A stretch of 45,557 nucleotides of DNA, taken from an uncultured Lachnospiraceae bacterium. GTDB taxonomy: Bacteria > Bacillota > Clostridia > Lachnospirales > Lachnospiraceae. A program made the position numbers and the translations under genes. The notes under the pieces were generated by a model. The model ran no database searches, was not told the DNA's origin, and saw only the letters and a list, made by a program, of their open reading frames with translations. Where the stretch lies: positions 1 through 45,557 of the forward strand of contig CATJJD010000217.1 of NCBI GenBank assembly GCA_949740385.1. The letters are read 5' to 3'. Of this stretch, positions 36,236 to 44,816 are shown piece by piece; positions within the stretch are counted from its first letter, which is position 1; each line of letters opens with the position of its first letter.

Positions 36236-37717
36236 ATGGCAAAGCAGATTATCACAATGAACCAGAGACGAAAAGGACTGCCGGCAGGCGCCGTCGTCGC
36301 ACTCATCATCACGGCCGTCACAATTATTTCGGTCTATGTCGGCATGACCGTCTACTACAGCGGCCACTATTTTCCGAACACAACCGTGGGCGGCATCACA
36401 TGCGGGGGAAAGACTGCGGATTACGTGGAATCCAAAAACACCGGCTACGCAGACGACTACCTGCTCACCGTGACCGACCGCATCGGAAACCGTTTCCACA
36501 TTGCAGGCAGAGACATCGGCTACGCTTACGTGGCCACCGCCGAGGAGGCGGCGATTCTCGACCGCCAGAACCCGTTTGCATGGCCGGTGGAGGTATTCCG
36601 CACCCACAGCGAGGATCTGGACCGCTCCTTCGTCTACAGCGAAAAAAAACTTGCCGGACAGATCGCGGCGCTTGAAATTTTTGACGAGAGCTATATCGAA
36701 AAGCCGAAAGACGCGCACCTGACCATCACAGATGACGGGTACGAGGTGGTGGAGGAAATTATGGGCAACGCCCCGGTGGCGGAGCAGATTGCAGAAGAGA
36801 TCACCGCCGCAGTGGACGGGCAGGAAATCAGCCTCACACTCTCCGACGACTGCTACCTGGCGCCGGAAATCTACTCCACCGACGAGATCATCGCGGGCAC
36901 GGCGGCAAAGATCGACACCTGTCTCGCCTCCACGATTCACTACGAGATCGACGGAGCCGACGAAAACCTCACCCGAAAGCAGATCCTCTCCATGCTGGAC
37001 ATCTCAGAGGACGGCGACGTGACGGTAAACGACGCAAAGCTTACGGATTTCGTACAGCGCCTGGCAAGCACCTACAATACATACGGCGACGTGCGCAAAT
37101 TTAAAACCTCCAACGGGGATAAGATAAAGATCGGCGGAGGCGATTACGGCTGGGGCATCAACAAGGGGGCCGAGGCCGCGCAGATCTTAAAAGATCTCTC
37201 CGGCGGCGAGCCCGTATCCCGGGAGCCGGTCTACGAGCAGCGCGCCGCAAAGAGCGGACTCAAAGACATCGGCGACACCTACGTGGAGATCGACTACACC
37301 AACCAGCACATGTGGTACTATAAGGACGGGGAACTGATTCTCGATACGGACATCGTATCCGGAAATGTAAGCCGGGGCAACGGTTCGCCCGACGGCGTGT
37401 TCAAGATCGTCTACTGCCAGAGAGACGCCACACTGGTGGGGGAGGATTACGAGTCCAGCGTGAAATATTTCATGCCCTTCGCCTACAACGTGGGCTTCCA
37501 CGACGCCAGCTGGCGCAGCGCCTTCGGCGAGGAGATCTACAAGCGCAGCGGCTCCCACGGCTGCATCAACATGCCGGAAAAATACGCCAGGCAGCTGATC
37601 GACGCCATCGACATCGGCACGCCGGTCATCGCCTACTACAGGGAGCCGGTGGAGCTCACCGCGGAGAACGCGCGCATATCCAACGCGTACTCCTACGTTG
37701 AGCCCGAGGAGGACTGA
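36236..37717 (+). CDS. Membrane-anchored L,D-transpeptidase (PG-binding region + YkuD domain)
   Basis: N-terminal TM; catalytic GFHDASWR...GSHGCINM. Confidence 0.9.
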   Translation: MAKQIITMNQRRKGLPAGAVVALIITAVTIISVYVGMTVYYSGHYFPNTTVGGITCGGKTADYVESKNTGYADDYLLTVTDRIGNRFHIAGRDIGYAYVATAEEAAILDRQNPFAWPVEVFRTHSEDLDRSFVYSEKKLAGQIAALEIFDESYIEKPKDAHLTITDDGYEVVEEIMGNAPVAEQIAEEITAAVDGQEISLTLSDDCYLAPEIYSTDEIIAGTAAKIDTCLASTIHYEIDGADENLTRKQILSMLDISEDGDVTVNDAKLTDFVQRLASTYNTYGDVRKFKTSNGDKIKIGGGDYGWGINKGAEAAQILKDLSGGEPVSREPVYEQRAAKSGLKDIGDTYVEIDYTNQHMWYYKDGELILDTDIVSGNVSRGNGSPDGVFKIVYCQRDATLVGEDYESSVKYFMPFAYNVGFHDASWRSAFGEEIYKRSGSHGCINMPEKYARQLIDAIDIGTPVIAYYREPVELTAENARISNAYSYVEPEED

Positions 37718-37735
37718 CATGGTCCGATTTTTATC

Positions 37736-37764
37736 TTTACACACAGCCTGCACTTCGCTATAAT
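37736..37764 (+). promoter_or_regulatory. sigma70-type promoter TTTACA-N17-TATAAT for the 54-aa ORF
   Basis: -35 at 37736-37741 and -10 at 37759-37764. Confidence 0.65.
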
Positions 37765-37811
37765 ATACCTGTAACAATCCGGACATTCAAAAAGGAAAGC
37801 AGGTGACTGGT

Positions 37812-37976
37812 ATGTCATTAGAAGAACAAAAAGAAGTAGCAATCAATCGATATGTTGATTTAATGCACATCAAGGCACATGAGACGGGTGAAAACAGAGA
37901 GCTTGACTATCAGATTAAGGTTGCAAAAGTAAAACTGTCCAGTTTTGGCATTGATTACTCCGAACTTGATTTCTGA
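37812..37976 (+). CDS. Small hypothetical protein, 54 aa (MSLEEQKEVAINRYVDLMHIKAHETGENRELDYQIKVAKVKLSSFGIDYSELDF)
   Basis: Not in ORF track. AGGTG RBS, own promoter and terminator, helical charged pattern. Confidence 0.75.
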   Translation: MSLEEQKEVAINRYVDLMHIKAHETGENRELDYQIKVAKVKLSSFGIDYSELDF

Positions 37977-37979
37977 CTG

Positions 37980-38019
37980 AAACCGGCGAGCCGTTCACAA
38001 AACGGTTCGCCGGTTTTTT
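37980..38019. terminator. Bidirectional Rho-independent terminator
   Basis: AAACCGGCGAGCCGTT / AACGGTTCGCCGGTTT plus T-tract, between convergent genes. Confidence 0.85.
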
Positions 38020-38035
38020 GTCTGTCCGCTGACGC

Positions 38036-39796
38036 CTACGACGCAAACTGACTGTTATACAGCTTCGCATAAAATCCGTCCGCCGCAAGCAGCGCCTCAT
38101 GGCTGCCCTGCTCGATAATCCGCCCTTCCTTCATGACGAGAATAATGTCCGCCTCCCTTATCGTCGACAGGCGGTGGGCCACAATAAAGCTTGTGCGCCC
38201 CTCCATCATCGCAAGAAACGCCTTCTGAATGCGGATCTCCGTGCGGGTGTCGATGGAGGAGGTGGCCTCGTCAAGAATGAGCATCGGCGGCAGCGCCAGC
38301 ATCACCCTCGCAATGCATAAAAGCTGCTTCTGCCCCTGGCTCAGATTGCCGCCGTCCTCCGCAATGGGCGTATCGTACCCCTTCGGCAGCCGGCGGATAA
38401 AGCCGTGGGCGTGGGCCGCTTTTGCCGCCGCAATCATCTCCTCGTCCGTGGCGTCAGTTCCCATGCAGATATTCTCGCGAATCGTCCCCTTCTTCAGCCA
38501 CGTCTCCTGCAGCACCATCCCGTAGCTGCTCCGCAGACTGCTTCTCGTCATATGCATAATATCCTGCCCGCTCACCGCGATGGTTCCCGCATTCGCGTCA
38601 TAAAAGCGCATCAGAAGGTTGATGAGCGTCGTCTTGCCACAGCCCGTCGGCCCCACGATGGCCACCCGCTGCCCCGGCTTCACATGCAGATTAAAGTCCT
38701 CGATCAGCTTCTGGGTCGGCACATAGGAGAAATACACATGGTCGATGTCCACATGGCCGTCAGCGTGTTCGAGCACAACCGCATCCTTATCGTCCGGCTT
38801 CTCCGACGGCTCCTCAATCAGCTCAAAAATGCGCGCCGCACAGGCGAGAGCGTTCTGCAGCTCGGTTACAACCCCCGAAATCTCGTTGAAGGGCTTCGTG
38901 TACTGATTGGCGTAGGAGAGAAAGCACGAGAGACTTCCCACCGTAAAAGCGCCGCCCGTTGCGATAACCGCAACAGCCCCCGCAATTCCAACCGCCGCAT
39001 ACACCAGCGAATTGATAAAGCGCGTGGTGGGGTTCACCAGACTCGAGAAGAAAATCGCCCGCAGGGAGCATTTCTCCAGCCGGTCGTTGATCTCCCCGAA
39101 TTCCTCCAGCGCCTCGCCCTCGTGGCCAAATGCCTGCACCACCTTCTGGTTGCCGATCATCTCCTCGATCAGCGCCGTCTGCTCTCCCCTCGTCTTCGTC
39201 TGCAGCTGAAACATCGAGTAGGTCTTTTTCGCGATAAAGCTGGCCACCAGAAGAGACAGCGGCGTCAGCACAACTACCACAAGGGTGATCCTCACGTCGA
39301 TGGTCAGCATAAAAAGAAGCGTCCCCGCAATGGTGGCAAGCCCCGTAAACAGCTGGGTAAAGCCCATCAGAAGCCCCTCCGCAAAGGTGTCCACATCCGC
39401 GATAATGCGGCTGACCACATCCCCGTGGGAGTGGCTGTCGATGTAGGACAGCGGCAGATGCTCCAGCTTGTCAAAGGCATCCCTTCGAATGTCCCTCACA
39501 ATACTGTAGGTCATCCGGTTATTGCAGAGGTTCATCACCCACTGCAGCGCGGCCGTGGCCCCCACAACAATGGACGCCTGCAGCGCAATGGCCGCAATTT
39601 TCTCAAAATCCACAAGCCCCTCGTCGATAATCAGGTCGATGGCCCGCCCCGTCAGTATCGGAAAATACAGCGTTAAGGCAACGGTGACAACGGCAAGCAC
39701 AACCGAGACTGCGAGAAGCGGAATGTACCTTCTCATATAGTGAAACACCTTATACAATGTGGCCATCTGGCCTTTTCTGTCTGCCTTTCCTCTCAT
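38036..39796 (-). CDS. ABC exporter, fused permease/ATPase subunit
   Basis: Walker A GPTGCGKT, signature LSQGQKQ, Walker B LILDEAT and H-loop VAHRLST. Confidence 0.93.
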   Translation of the reverse strand: MRGKADRKGQMATLYKVFHYMRRYIPLLAVSVVLAVVTVALTLYFPILTGRAIDLIIDEGLVDFEKIAAIALQASIVVGATAALQWVMNLCNNRMTYSIVRDIRRDAFDKLEHLPLSYIDSHSHGDVVSRIIADVDTFAEGLLMGFTQLFTGLATIAGTLLFMLTIDVRITLVVVVLTPLSLLVASFIAKKTYSMFQLQTKTRGEQTALIEEMIGNQKVVQAFGHEGEALEEFGEINDRLEKCSLRAIFFSSLVNPTTRFINSLVYAAVGIAGAVAVIATGGAFTVGSLSCFLSYANQYTKPFNEISGVVTELQNALACAARIFELIEEPSEKPDDKDAVVLEHADGHVDIDHVYFSYVPTQKLIEDFNLHVKPGQRVAIVGPTGCGKTTLINLLMRFYDANAGTIAVSGQDIMHMTRSSLRSSYGMVLQETWLKKGTIRENICMGTDATDEEMIAAAKAAHAHGFIRRLPKGYDTPIAEDGGNLSQGQKQLLCIARVMLALPPMLILDEATSSIDTRTEIRIQKAFLAMMEGRTSFIVAHRLSTIREADIILVMKEGRIIEQGSHEALLAADGFYAKLYNSQFAS

Positions 39797-41559
39797 GCCT
39801 GCACTTCCCTCGCTTCCTTTTTAAACTGGCTCTCATAAATCTCCCGGTAAACCTCACAGCCCGAAAGCAGCTCCTCGTGGGTGCCGATCCCCACCGCAGC
39901 GCCGTCGTCCATCACGATAATCATATCCGCAAACTGGATGGAGGAGGTGCGCTGAGACACGATAAAGATCGTCTTCTCCCCGGAGAGCTCCTTAAGCGCC
40001 GCCCGCAGCCTTGCGTCCGTCGCAAAGTCGAGCGCAGATGCGCTGTCGTCCAGAATCAGAATGTCCGCATCCTTCACCAGCGCCCGGGCAATGGTAAGCC
40101 TCTGCTTCTGGCCGCCGGAGAGATTGCGTCCCCCCTGCTCGATCATGGCGTTAAGAGAAGGCCTTTTGCCCTCCTCCCCGTCTCTTTTTGCCATGCTTTT
40201 GATCACATCTGCCGCCTGGGCCGTCTCAATCGCCTGCCAGAGCTCATCCTCCGTGGCATCCGGCCTGCCCCCCCGCAGATTTTCCGACACAGCGCCCTCA
40301 AACAGCACCGCCTTTTGCATCACCACGCCGATCTGCCGCCTCAGATCCGCCAGATCATAGTCCCGCACATCCACGCCGTTCACCCGAACCGAGCCCGCGG
40401 ACACATCGTAAAAGCGCGGAATCAGGTTCACCACCGAGGACTTGCCGGAGCCGGTTCCCCCGATAATTCCGACGGTCTGTCCTTTTTTCACCGTAAAATG
40501 AATGTCGGTCAGGGCATCGTCTCCCGCCCCCTGATAAGCCATGCTCACATGGGAAAACTCCACGGCAAACGACGTGTCCCCCCGACTGATTGCCCCCGTC
40601 TTTTTGCTTTGCACCGACGGCTGCACCTCGAAGATCTCCTCGATCCGGTTTCCGCAGGCAACCGCCTTGTTGATCAGTATAATCAGGTTCGCCAGCTTCA
40701 CCAGCTCCACGAGAATCTGCGACATATAGTTGACAAGTGCCACCACCTCGCCCCTTGTGATCACGCCGAAATAGACTTCCTTTCCGCCGATCCAGATCAC
40801 AAGCAGCGTCGCCGCATTGATAATAATGTAGGTCAGCGGATTCATCAGCGTGGAAATCCGCCCCACCACCATCTGCATGTCCGCCAGATAGCCGTTGGCC
40901 CGGTTGAACTCCTCCGTCTCCGACGTCTCCTTGTTAAAGGCGCGGATCACCCTTGCGCCCCCGAGATTTTCCCGCGTGTGTCCGAGCACGGTATCCAGAC
41001 CGCCCTGCACCTTCTTAAACAACGGAATGCTCACAAGCATCACGCCGAACACCACGGCCGAGAGAAGCGGTATCGCCACGACGAACACAAGCGCCGCCTT
41101 CACATTCACCGTAAACGCCATAACCATGGCGCCGAACACAATAAACGGCGAGCGCAGAAACAGCCGCAGCACCATGTTCACACCCGACTGCACCTGATTG
41201 ATGTCGCTTGTCATGCGGGTAATCAGCGTGGAGGTCCCCACCGTGTCCATCTCCGCAAAGGAGAGGGATTCGATATGGGAAAACAGCGCATACCGCAGCT
41301 TCGCCGCAAAGCCCACGGCCGCCCGGGCCGCAAAGTACTGAGCCGACACCGCGCACACAAGCCCCACAAACGCCAGCAGCACAAGGACCGCTCCCATCCG
41401 GTATATGTGGGGACGGTCAGACACCGCAATCCCCTGGTCGATGATCGACGCCATCACAAGCGGTACGATCAGCTCGAAGGAAGCCTCCAGCAGCTTGAAC
41501 AGCGGAGCGATAAAACACTCCTTTTTGTATTCTTTCATGTAGATCAACAATTTTCTCAT
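39793..41559 (-). CDS. ABC exporter, fused permease/ATPase subunit (degenerate site)
   Basis: GGTGSGKS and LSGGQ; degenerate Walker B ILDDS and VSQR, as in heterodimeric exporters; ATGA overlap with partner. Confidence 0.93.
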   Translation of the reverse strand: MRKLLIYMKEYKKECFIAPLFKLLEASFELIVPLVMASIIDQGIAVSDRPHIYRMGAVLVLLAFVGLVCAVSAQYFAARAAVGFAAKLRYALFSHIESLSFAEMDTVGTSTLITRMTSDINQVQSGVNMVLRLFLRSPFIVFGAMVMAFTVNVKAALVFVVAIPLLSAVVFGVMLVSIPLFKKVQGGLDTVLGHTRENLGGARVIRAFNKETSETEEFNRANGYLADMQMVVGRISTLMNPLTYIIINAATLLVIWIGGKEVYFGVITRGEVVALVNYMSQILVELVKLANLIILINKAVACGNRIEEIFEVQPSVQSKKTGAISRGDTSFAVEFSHVSMAYQGAGDDALTDIHFTVKKGQTVGIIGGTGSGKSSVVNLIPRFYDVSAGSVRVNGVDVRDYDLADLRRQIGVVMQKAVLFEGAVSENLRGGRPDATEDELWQAIETAQAADVIKSMAKRDGEEGKRPSLNAMIEQGGRNLSGGQKQRLTIARALVKDADILILDDSASALDFATDARLRAALKELSGEKTIFIVSQRTSSIQFADMIIVMDDGAAVGIGTHEELLSGCEVYREIYESQFKKEAREVQA

Positions 41560-41657
41560 AGCAAACCTCACTTTTCAAAAATGTACCGTATCTATCATAC
41601 CAAAGCAGAGTCCCTCTGTTCAAGACCAATTTTTTAATTCGGGAACGCAATTTTCGC

Positions 41658-41699
41658 AAAAAAAGTGCATGGCAGCAGCCTCCTGCCCACCATGCACTT
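41658..41699 (-). terminator. Rho-independent terminator
   Basis: AAGTGCATGG...CCATGCACTT stem running into a T-tract on the minus strand. Confidence 0.75.
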
Positions 41700-41724
41700 A
41701 AGAATATCCGGCCCCTGACAGAAT

Positions 41725-41859
41725 TTACCTGCGGCAGCAGCCGCAGCTTCCGCAGTCTCCGCCGCAGGACGAGCCTTTCCCTTTCCTGCCCTTAATCAGA
41801 CTGCGCGCCGCAAAAATTACCGCCGTTACCAGCAGGGCCAGCACAACAAATGTTCCCAT
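41725..41859 (-). CDS. FeoB-associated-type Cys-rich membrane protein, 44 aa (MGTFVVLALLVTAVIFAARSLIKGRKGKGSSCGGDCGSCGCCRR)
   Basis: Not in ORF track. GAGGTG RBS; one TM helix, a basic patch and CGGDCGSCGCC. Confidence 0.85.
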   Translation of the reverse strand: MGTFVVLALLVTAVIFAARSLIKGRKGKGSSCGGDCGSCGCCRR

Positions 41860-41894
41860 TCGGCCACCTCTCTTACAAACTTTATTTTACAGAA

Positions 41895-41926
41895 GTTAGT
41901 ATACACTAACCATCGCCGGCTGTCAA
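41895..41926 (-). promoter_or_regulatory. Promoter TTGACA-N17-TATACT overlapped by palindrome GTTAGT-ATAC-ACTAAC (DtxR/MntR-like box)
   Basis: -35 at 41921-41926, -10 at 41898-41903 and palindrome at 41895-41910. Confidence 0.7.
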
Positions 41927-42019
41927 GCGAAATGTGCGGCAGCCTCGAACGTCCGATCTGAGAACCGTTACCTGACACCCCGCCGCATCCCGAAATATTT
42001 TAGAAACATGGGGGCGCTG

Positions 42020-42919
42020 CTACTGCCCGCCCGCATCGTCCCCCATCACCGGCTTTCCCGCAAACAGCGGCGCCCGCTCGTCATAGCCGTCCAGAAAATG
42101 ATGCTTCTCTCCGTCCTTCTTGTAGCAGATCACCGTGTTCAGATTGACGTTCTCCACGCTGCGGAAAATATTCATCGCCAGAAACTCGTTCTCCTGCTCC
42201 AGCCTTCGGATCAGCTCCTTCACGTACAGCCGGCCGGACATTTTCTCCGGCTCCCCGCTGGCCTCGCAGCTCTCCGTAAAACGGCACGCACAGTGGATAA
42301 AATGCAGATCATTGTAATTGCACCACCGGACAATGTCCGCCTCCCGGATCAGATACAGCGGGCGGATCAGCTCCATGCCCGGATAGTTCGTGCTGTGCAG
42401 CTTCGGCATCATCGTCTGCACCTGCGCGCCGAAGAGCATCCCCATCAGAATCGTCTCGATCACGTCGTCAAAGTGATGCCCCAGCGCAATCTTGTTGCAG
42501 CCCAGCGCCCTGGCCTGGCTGTACAGATGTCCCCGCCGCATCCGGGCGCACAGATAGCAGGGCGAATCCTCCACATGCACAACCGCGTCGAAAATATCCG
42601 TGTCAAACACCTGAATCGGAATATTCAGCGCCCTGGCATTGTCTCTGATCTGCTCGTAATTCCTCTCGTTGTACCCCGGGTTCATCACAAGAAAAACCAG
42701 GTCAAAATTCTTCCGCCCATGGCGTTCCAGCTCCTGAAACAGCTTCGCCATAAGCATCGAATCCTTTCCGCCGGAAATGCAGACCGCAATCTTATCCCCG
42801 TCCCCGATCATCTCGTACTCGTTGATGGCCCGGGTAAATTTGCGCCAGATCTCGCTCTTGTACGTCTTTATAATACTGCGCTCCGCCCGCTCCAGCGGCG
42901 TCTGTTCCCCCTTTTTCAT
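42020..42919 (-). CDS. ttcA: TtcA-family tRNA thiolase (PP-loop)
   Basis: SGGKDS, CYLCARMRRG, LGHHFDD, IRPL and HCAC motifs. True start MKKGEQ overlaps the larE stop (ATGA). Confidence 0.85.
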   Translation of the reverse strand: MKKGEQTPLERAERSIIKTYKSEIWRKFTRAINEYEMIGDGDKIAVCISGGKDSMLMAKLFQELERHGRKNFDLVFLVMNPGYNERNYEQIRDNARALNIPIQVFDTDIFDAVVHVEDSPCYLCARMRRGHLYSQARALGCNKIALGHHFDDVIETILMGMLFGAQVQTMMPKLHSTNYPGMELIRPLYLIREADIVRWCNYNDLHFIHCACRFTESCEASGEPEKMSGRLYVKELIRRLEQENEFLAMNIFRSVENVNLNTVICYKKDGEKHHFLDGYDERAPLFAGKPVMGDDAGGQ

Positions 42920-43797
42920 CCGATTCCTCCCGCATCCTTCGTCTGGCCAAACTCTCCGTCCTTTCCGATTTTCGGATTCATCGAGCCCGTCCGGTACCCC
43001 GTAAGATCCAGGGCCACGTAAGAAAAGCCCAGTTCCCTGAAGCAGACGTCGATCCGCTCCCGACAGGCCGGCTCCGCAAGCACCGCAATATCCTCCGCCG
43101 GCACCTCGATTCTGGCCAGCGTACCGTGCACGCGCACGCGCATCTGCACAAAACCAAGCTCCCGCAAAAGCTCCTCGGCCCGCTCCACCATGCATAGCTT
43201 TTCGGGCGTGATTGTCTCATGGTGCACAAACCGGGAGGCAAGACATGCAAAGGACGGCTTGTCCGCGGTCCCAAGCCCCAGCATCGAGGAAAGCGCCCGA
43301 ATATCCGCCTTCGTCATCCCGGCATCCATAAGAGGACTCCGCACCGACAGCTCCGCCACCGCCCGCATCCCCGGGCGGTAGTCCGACCGGTCGTCCAGGT
43401 TGGAGCCCTCCGCCACAACGCCGATTCCCATGTCCTCTGCAAGCCTTATCATTCCCTCAAAAATCCGGCGCTTGCAGCGGTAGCAGCGGTCCGGGGGATT
43501 TTCTGCAAAGCCGGGCACCGCAAAGACGTCCAGCTCCTGTACGGCATGGCGGATGCCCCGCTCTCTGCAGAACGCCTCCGCCTCCCTCCGCTCCCGCTTT
43601 GGCACCAGAGGCGAGTGCACCGTAACCGCGAGCACCTGCTCCCCCAGCGCCTCCGCGGCCGCAGCCAGCAGAAACGTCGAATCCACCCCGCTGGAAAACG
43701 CCACCGCCACATGACCAAAGCCCCGCAGAATATCACACAATGTCTTATATTTTTCCATCTGCAGCCCGGTAACGCCCGCAGTCTCTCTCTCACTCAT
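42916..43797 (-). CDS. larE: LarE-like ATP-dependent sulfur transferase
   Basis: AFSSGVDS, NPPDRCYRCK, EGSNLDD..DYRPG, KPSFACLASRF and RVRVHG motifs. Confidence 0.88.
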   Translation of the reverse strand: MSERETAGVTGLQMEKYKTLCDILRGFGHVAVAFSSGVDSTFLLAAAAEALGEQVLAVTVHSPLVPKRERREAEAFCRERGIRHAVQELDVFAVPGFAENPPDRCYRCKRRIFEGMIRLAEDMGIGVVAEGSNLDDRSDYRPGMRAVAELSVRSPLMDAGMTKADIRALSSMLGLGTADKPSFACLASRFVHHETITPEKLCMVERAEELLRELGFVQMRVRVHGTLARIEVPAEDIAVLAEPACRERIDVCFRELGFSYVALDLTGYRTGSMNPKIGKDGEFGQTKDAGGIG

Positions 43798-43828
43798 ACC
43801 GCTGTCCTCCCCTTCTCACTCTGCCCTG

Positions 43829-44554
43829 TCAGACGCCCGCAATGTCGCGCACCACGGCGCCCGCAAGAATCAGCCCCGCCGCCGCAGGGACAAAGGCCAC
43901 AGACCCGGGAACCGCCCTGGTTCGGCCCCCATTTTCCTGTCCGGTCTCCTCATCCCCGGAGAGCGGACGCAGCGGCTCCTCCCTGGAGTACACCACTTTA
44001 AGGCGGTCTACGCCCCGCTTTCTCAGCTCCCGCCGCATCACCTTCGCCAGCGGGCAGACCGATGTCTCGTAGATATCCGCCACCTCAAACCGCGACGCGT
44101 CCAGCTTATTCCCCGCCCCCATGCAGCTTATGACGGGCGTTCCCGCCTCCTTTGCCGCCAGTACAAGGGCAATCTTCGCCGTCACCGTGTCCACTGCGTC
44201 CACCACATAGTCATAATCTCTGAAAATAAAATCCTCTGCTGTCTCCGGCAGAAAAAAACAGTCGTGGGTGATTACCTCCGCCTGAGGATTGATTTCCAGA
44301 ATCCGTTCTCTCATCACCTGCGTCTTATATTTTCCCACAGTCCTGGTGGTAGCAATAATCTGTCGGTTGATATTAGAAACGCTCACCGTATCTTTGTCCA
44401 CCAAATCCAGCCTTCCTACGCCGCTCCTAGCCAAAGCCTCCACTGCATGGCCGCCCACACCACCGATTCCAAATACTGCAACCCTTGCTTCTGCAAGTCT
44501 CCTCAGACCATCCTCTCCCAGCAGCAGTCCTGTCCGGATAAATTTTTCGTCCAT
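43829..44554 (-). CDS. tcdA: tRNA threonylcarbamoyladenosine dehydratase (ThiF/E1-like)
   Basis: GIGGVG, SNINRQ, MGAGNKLD, CPLAKVMR, VVYSRE and PGSVAFVP motifs. Confidence 0.88.
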   Translation of the reverse strand: MDEKFIRTGLLLGEDGLRRLAEARVAVFGIGGVGGHAVEALARSGVGRLDLVDKDTVSVSNINRQIIATTRTVGKYKTQVMRERILEINPQAEVITHDCFFLPETAEDFIFRDYDYVVDAVDTVTAKIALVLAAKEAGTPVISCMGAGNKLDASRFEVADIYETSVCPLAKVMRRELRKRGVDRLKVVYSREEPLRPLSGDEETGQENGGRTRAVPGSVAFVPAAAGLILAGAVVRDIAGV

Positions 44555-44816
44555 CTCTTTCCTCATTCTAAATTTTGTTACGTCCTATATTTCGAAACAT
44601 TTCCTTTTTATTTTACACTTTTCAGGAAAAATATACAAGGGTTACCGTTCAGCCAGCCGGGATAAATCGGGGAAAATCATACTTGCATGAATAACAGATT
44701 CTTATTTCCCTCTTGTTCAACCCTCTTCTTTTCGCTATACTAATAAATGGAAATTTTATGTACATAAGGAGAAAAAAGTCTGTTTGTGCTGAAAAACGCA
44801 CAGAATGGAGGAAAAC

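Noticed and set aside
38405-41637. 423-aa and 626-aa + strand ORFs
   Set aside because: Antisense shadows of the ABC exporter genes.
42920-43195. N-terminal extension of TtcA in the ORF track (similar extensions for coaE, purH, araB and araD)
   Set aside because: These extensions overlap upstream genes or intergenic DNA; downstream starts have RBSs and match family N-termini.
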